From Lophium mytilinum (taxonomy: Eukaryota): DNA of 64,000 nt. Numbering within the stretch: position 1 is the stretch's first letter; the number at the start of each line of letters is the position of its first letter. Under the pieces are notes generated by a model. The model was not told the DNA's origin, did not search any database, and worked only from the letters and a program-made list of their open reading frames with translations. Position numbers and translations under genes: made by a program. Shown piece after piece: positions 60,071 to 64,000 of the stretch. The DNA lies in contig MU004195.1 in assembly GCA_010093605.1 (NCBI GenBank), forward strand, positions 682,001 to 746,000, in the 5' to 3' direction.

Positions 60071-61480
60071 GGTTTGAGGTGTACGGCTTGGGGGGAGCAG
60101 ATGGAGAAGAGGGGGCCTATGGGCGTAGGGGTGGTAAATTGACTCGTCACAGATATCTGTACGCTTCCTTGCCACTGCTTGTGGCACTTCATGGCATTTC
60201 AGGAACTCCAAACAAATTGGGCTTATAGCATTCTGAATAATCGTGAACTTATAAGGATGCCGCTAACGGAACACACAGATGGGAGAATGACATGTTCTTC
60301 TAGTTCATTATGCGTCGTAGAATATCGATGAAGAGACACTAAAAAGAGGGGACATCATGTGAATATGCCTTTGTCACGTGCTTGCTGACCTCTTCCGTTA
60401 TTGCGAGAATTTAAGAGGCTCATTCTTTTGCGTTGCATTTCTCTCGACAGAGGTGGATGGTTTCCGAACAGGGTCAAAATTATTAACACCGAGACCGCGT
60501 GGTGGTATTGGCTTGTCTGGAAGCAACGCACTGACCGTTACTCCATGGGAGTTGGGTCCTGCGGTCTGGAAGATTCGAAAAGAGAGGCTTGAACTGGATC
60601 GCAATGGAGGACGATGGAGACTCGGTCTGCCTACAATGATTGGGTCTGATGATACCAATCATCCCCTTCAACACCAATCCACGTCATCTTCAACACCCAG
60701 TTGTGATCTCCATTCTTGCCCCTTTCAGCCATCAGCTCGTTCATCGGCACCCGAAATCTAACAAAAGCACTTTGTCGTCCTGCATTAATGTACATCGCCG
60801 TCAACTGCTTGAGATAACAACCATCACTTCAAAAGACCGAGCGCCCTCCATCCGCTCGTTGGTATCCCTGGTTTTACTCTAACCCCACCACTCCATGGGT
60901 CTGCGGCTGACGGATTGTTAGAAATTCCCTACGAGGGTAATCGTTGGGGAAAATTTTAGACCTCATCCCGGCGACCGCGGTGCTCCATCGATATGGCCCG
61001 CTCAACATTTCAAAGAAACCCCGGCCGACCTCACTTCTAGGGTTAAGATTCAGGAAGAGAAAGTTTATATAGGCGAAGAAAGGGACGGTCACATGGGTAT
61101 CATGTGATTATGTGAAATGGAGCCTAGAGCTATTGGCCTTCGGAGTTGTGGTGGACACTGAAGCGATGATATGAGGCTAGTCTAGGAGGTGTTCGGCATG
61201 AAAGAAACCAGAATTATGAAATGGGAGTGCGAAAAGTTACCCTTATACTTATCCTATCTCTTTAACCCAAGAATTTGACTTGTATGTACAATGAATTGCC
61301 ACTTGGGCTAAACCTGCAGCCCTTTTCAATCTGAGGACCTTGTGTATGATGTATACATATCTACAGATTTGGGCTTTCAATCTCCATAATGACATCCTTG
61401 CCAGTGTAGAGAATATCCCGGCCCTAATCTGGAGAATATTTCAAAAGCATGGTCGTGTCAAGGACCCTGGTCATTCATAC

Positions 61481-62959
61481 TCACCAACCCCTCTCTCTTC
61501 CATAAGCTTCCTGCACGAACCCATCCCACTCCGCCTTGAACTGCTGTGCACTTCCACCACCAGCTGGACCGATCCGCCGCGATCCCCAAAAGACGGTCAC
61601 TTCTCCATGCAATCCGTATATGCGACCTTGCATATTTCCATCATCGGAGAACATCAGCGTACCGAGTTGATCGCGTCGGAATAGTAGCTCGCCAGTCCCA
61701 TCCTCACGCATACGCCAGCGAAACTGCAGCTCCGTTTCGAAGATAGGTCCCGGCGGTATGTCTACCCAGATGACTCCAGACCACGGGCCAAACTTTTGGA
61801 TATTGCCCCAGAGGCAGCCGCTGTCTTGATCAGCGCGAAGACGGAGGTTCATTCCTTCGCTCTGATACGGCCAATCGTCGGAAATAGCAGGACATGTCAG
61901 GTTGTAGAAGGCATTCAAGCGGTAAGTAGGGCTGTCATTCCCATTTTGCTGTTCCCGCTTTATGGCTGGCTCTTTCTTGAGGCGTGGTTCTTTCTTGGGG
62001 CTTGGCTCTTTCTTGACGCTGGCTTCTGTCTTGACGATAGGCTCCTTCTTCACGGCTGTCTCTTTCTTGATGCTTGGTTCCTTTTTTATGGCTGGCTCTT
62101 TTTGGACGCCGGCCTCTTTCTTGACAGCGGGTTGTTTCTTTACCACGGGTTCCTTCTTGGCATTCGCCTCGTCCTTGACTTTAGGTCCGCTCTTCCGAGC
62201 AGTTTGCTTGCTGGTCGCCCCATTCTTCGTCGCATTTGCGTTCAACTTTGGATTCGAATCCTTTTTCGCAAGGCCATCCTTCTTCACCGGAGCAGCCTTC
62301 TTACCCACCGCCCCTTTCCTCGCCACTTCCTCCTCCCTCTCCGCAGCCATCCTCTCCAACTCCCGCTTCTCCAACTCCCTACTCTCCAAAATCTTCTTCG
62401 ACAAACTCGCCGATTTGGCCGTCCCGCTTCCCCTCTGCTCCGGTACAGGCGACTCAATATGCAAATGATAATGCACACTCACCGGCGCCCCTAGCCCGCC
62501 TTCAGCCCCCTTAACCTTCTTCGCCACCTCCTCACCCCCATCTTCCGCCTTCCTCTTCCTCGGCGCCGTCGTCCCCTCCGCCTTCGCCATCTCCGCCTTC
62601 GCCTTCCGATTCGCAGCATCATACTCTCTCTTCAACGCCCCCTCCAACCTCTTCACCTCCCCCGGCACCTCCAACCCCCCCGAATTCAGCGCATTCAGCA
62701 ACCGCACCTTCGCCGCGTTCTTATCCTTGCACATCGGCAGCCCGTAATGCTTCAATTGCGCGAAGTACCAATGCCCAACCTGATCTTTCGGCGTCTCCGT
62801 CGTCTTTGACTTTCCGCTGGAGGAGAGCTTCGGGCGTAACATATTCGTGAGTTCGGTGATGGAGGCGCGGGGATGTCGATTCAAATTCCCGACGTCGGCG
62901 TACAGCGCGCCGTGGTAGACGAAGCCATCGCGGGAGATTGGGGGGGCGAAGTTGGACAT
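61481..62959 (-). CDS. fungal hypothetical protein with a Lys-rich 6-aa repeat linker
   Basis: 492-aa ORF with an N-terminal globular segment (WYFAQLKHYGLP...AKVRLL), KKEP-type repeats and a C-terminal beta-rich segment (FRWRMREDGTGE). Confidence 0.85.
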   Translation of the reverse strand: MSNFAPPISRDGFVYHGALYADVGNLNRHPRASITELTNMLRPKLSSSGKSKTTETPKDQVGHWYFAQLKHYGLPMCKDKNAAKVRLLNALNSGGLEVPGEVKRLEGALKREYDAANRKAKAEMAKAEGTTAPRKRKAEDGGEEVAKKVKGAEGGLGAPVSVHYHLHIESPVPEQRGSGTAKSASLSKKILESRELEKRELERMAAEREEEVARKGAVGKKAAPVKKDGLAKKDSNPKLNANATKNGATSKQTARKSGPKVKDEANAKKEPVVKKQPAVKKEAGVQKEPAIKKEPSIKKETAVKKEPIVKTEASVKKEPSPKKEPRLKKEPAIKREQQNGNDSPTYRLNAFYNLTCPAISDDWPYQSEGMNLRLRADQDSGCLWGNIQKFGPWSGVIWVDIPPGPIFETELQFRWRMREDGTGELLFRRDQLGTLMFSDDGNMQGRIYGLHGEVTVFWGSRRIGPAGGGSAQQFKAEWDGFVQEAYGRERGW

Positions 62960-64000
62960 TTTGAGGTTTTTTGGCTAGATCACCCGCCTGGGAGAAGATG
63001 TTGTGCGCGATGGGGTTATTGGATTTGTGTGAGTAATTGAGGGGGGAGGGGTTGGCTATCTTGGCATGAGGTTGAGGTTGGGGTAGCACGTGATAAGGGG
63101 TTAACGGGGCCAAGAATAGCGCCTCGTCTCGAACTATTCTAGCGGAAGCAGGCCGCCATTTCCTCACCCATTACAACGCACTCATACACCTGTTCGCCAC
63201 TGCTTGAAATGCCCTGACAGGCTTTCACATAAATGCTTCTCTCTCATTTAGGTTTCTGAAAATGCACTGGGGCAACCCGAACAGTGACATACATGGATAC
63301 GCGTTCATCACGTCTTGATCGACACAGGAGTGCCACATTTTTAATGCCCCGCGTGTGGGCTTCGATGAGAACAAGCACAGATAGAGTCAAGCATCAATCA
63401 ACGGACCGTAGACCAAACCCACGCACATGAGACAGACTCGAAGGATCTTGATGAATATACAGACTGCGACGGCCATGGGAAGCAAGAGATGAAGCATACA
63501 CTAGAAAGACTCGCGAGGATGAGGAGGTATTTGAGAAAACTTGTCATCCATCCTCGAGGCAGATGTTGCAGACTTCGTGTCCATAGAACCGTCTACTCGT
63601 ACCTCATTTCTTCATTCCTCCTAAAGCTACTGAAACCATTGTGATAATTGTTAATAGATCTCGCTATAGCTGGCACAGTCTAGGGATGCTGGAGGCAATG
63701 CGTAATACAAGCTGAGGTTCTGGCCGCAGTATGTCGGGAGCCCTTCCATGGTCTCGCCTTCTATGTTCTCTTTTCAGGATACCAAAGTATAAGTAGAAGA
63801 GAAGGATACATGGGCATCGTACTCGGCAAGTGTTGTGGTATCCACTCTTCAATCCTATGGTACCGATGATTCCACACCCTCACCAACCATGGAACCATCA
63901 GCTTCAACACACCGACTCCCACAAATCTCCAAAATCATGCCTTCATACAAAAAGCTCTCCTCTCCTCCCACACATCCTCAGTAGTGCTCCCCCATAGACC

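Noticed and set aside
60480..61092. Minus-strand frame with protein-like stretches and a few stops
   Set aside because: Four stops in about 185 codons and no recognisable family, which is not enough to call a pseudogene.

Overview
Eukaryotic DNA from a filamentous ascomycete (short GT-AG introns with CTAAC/CTGAC branch points; a Dothideomycete is plausible but cannot be shown from this window). Recognisable housekeeping genes: NUP57, NDUFA8, ADK1, class II HDAC HDA1/clr3, PHO80/PREG cyclin, ARMC8/VID28, carnitine acetyltransferase YAT1/facC, RAD57, three oxidoreductases and several hypothetical proteins. Two accessory patches stand out. (1) 13.2-18.8 kb: three tandem DEDDh exonuclease paralogues of the Gfd2/YDR514C/QIP-like family with a shared promoter motif. 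Two are intact and carry a C-terminal zinc knuckle; the third is disrupted. (2) 45.7-51.2 kb: three tandem tRNA(Val)-like Pol III-type units with conserved acceptor, D and T arms and terminators, in which the anticodon loop is replaced by a different hairpin-forming insert in each copy. Two copies are eroded by RIP-like transitions. Next to them lie a 257-bp CAC...GTG MITE and decayed ORFs. Exon boundaries were read by eye and no database searches were run.
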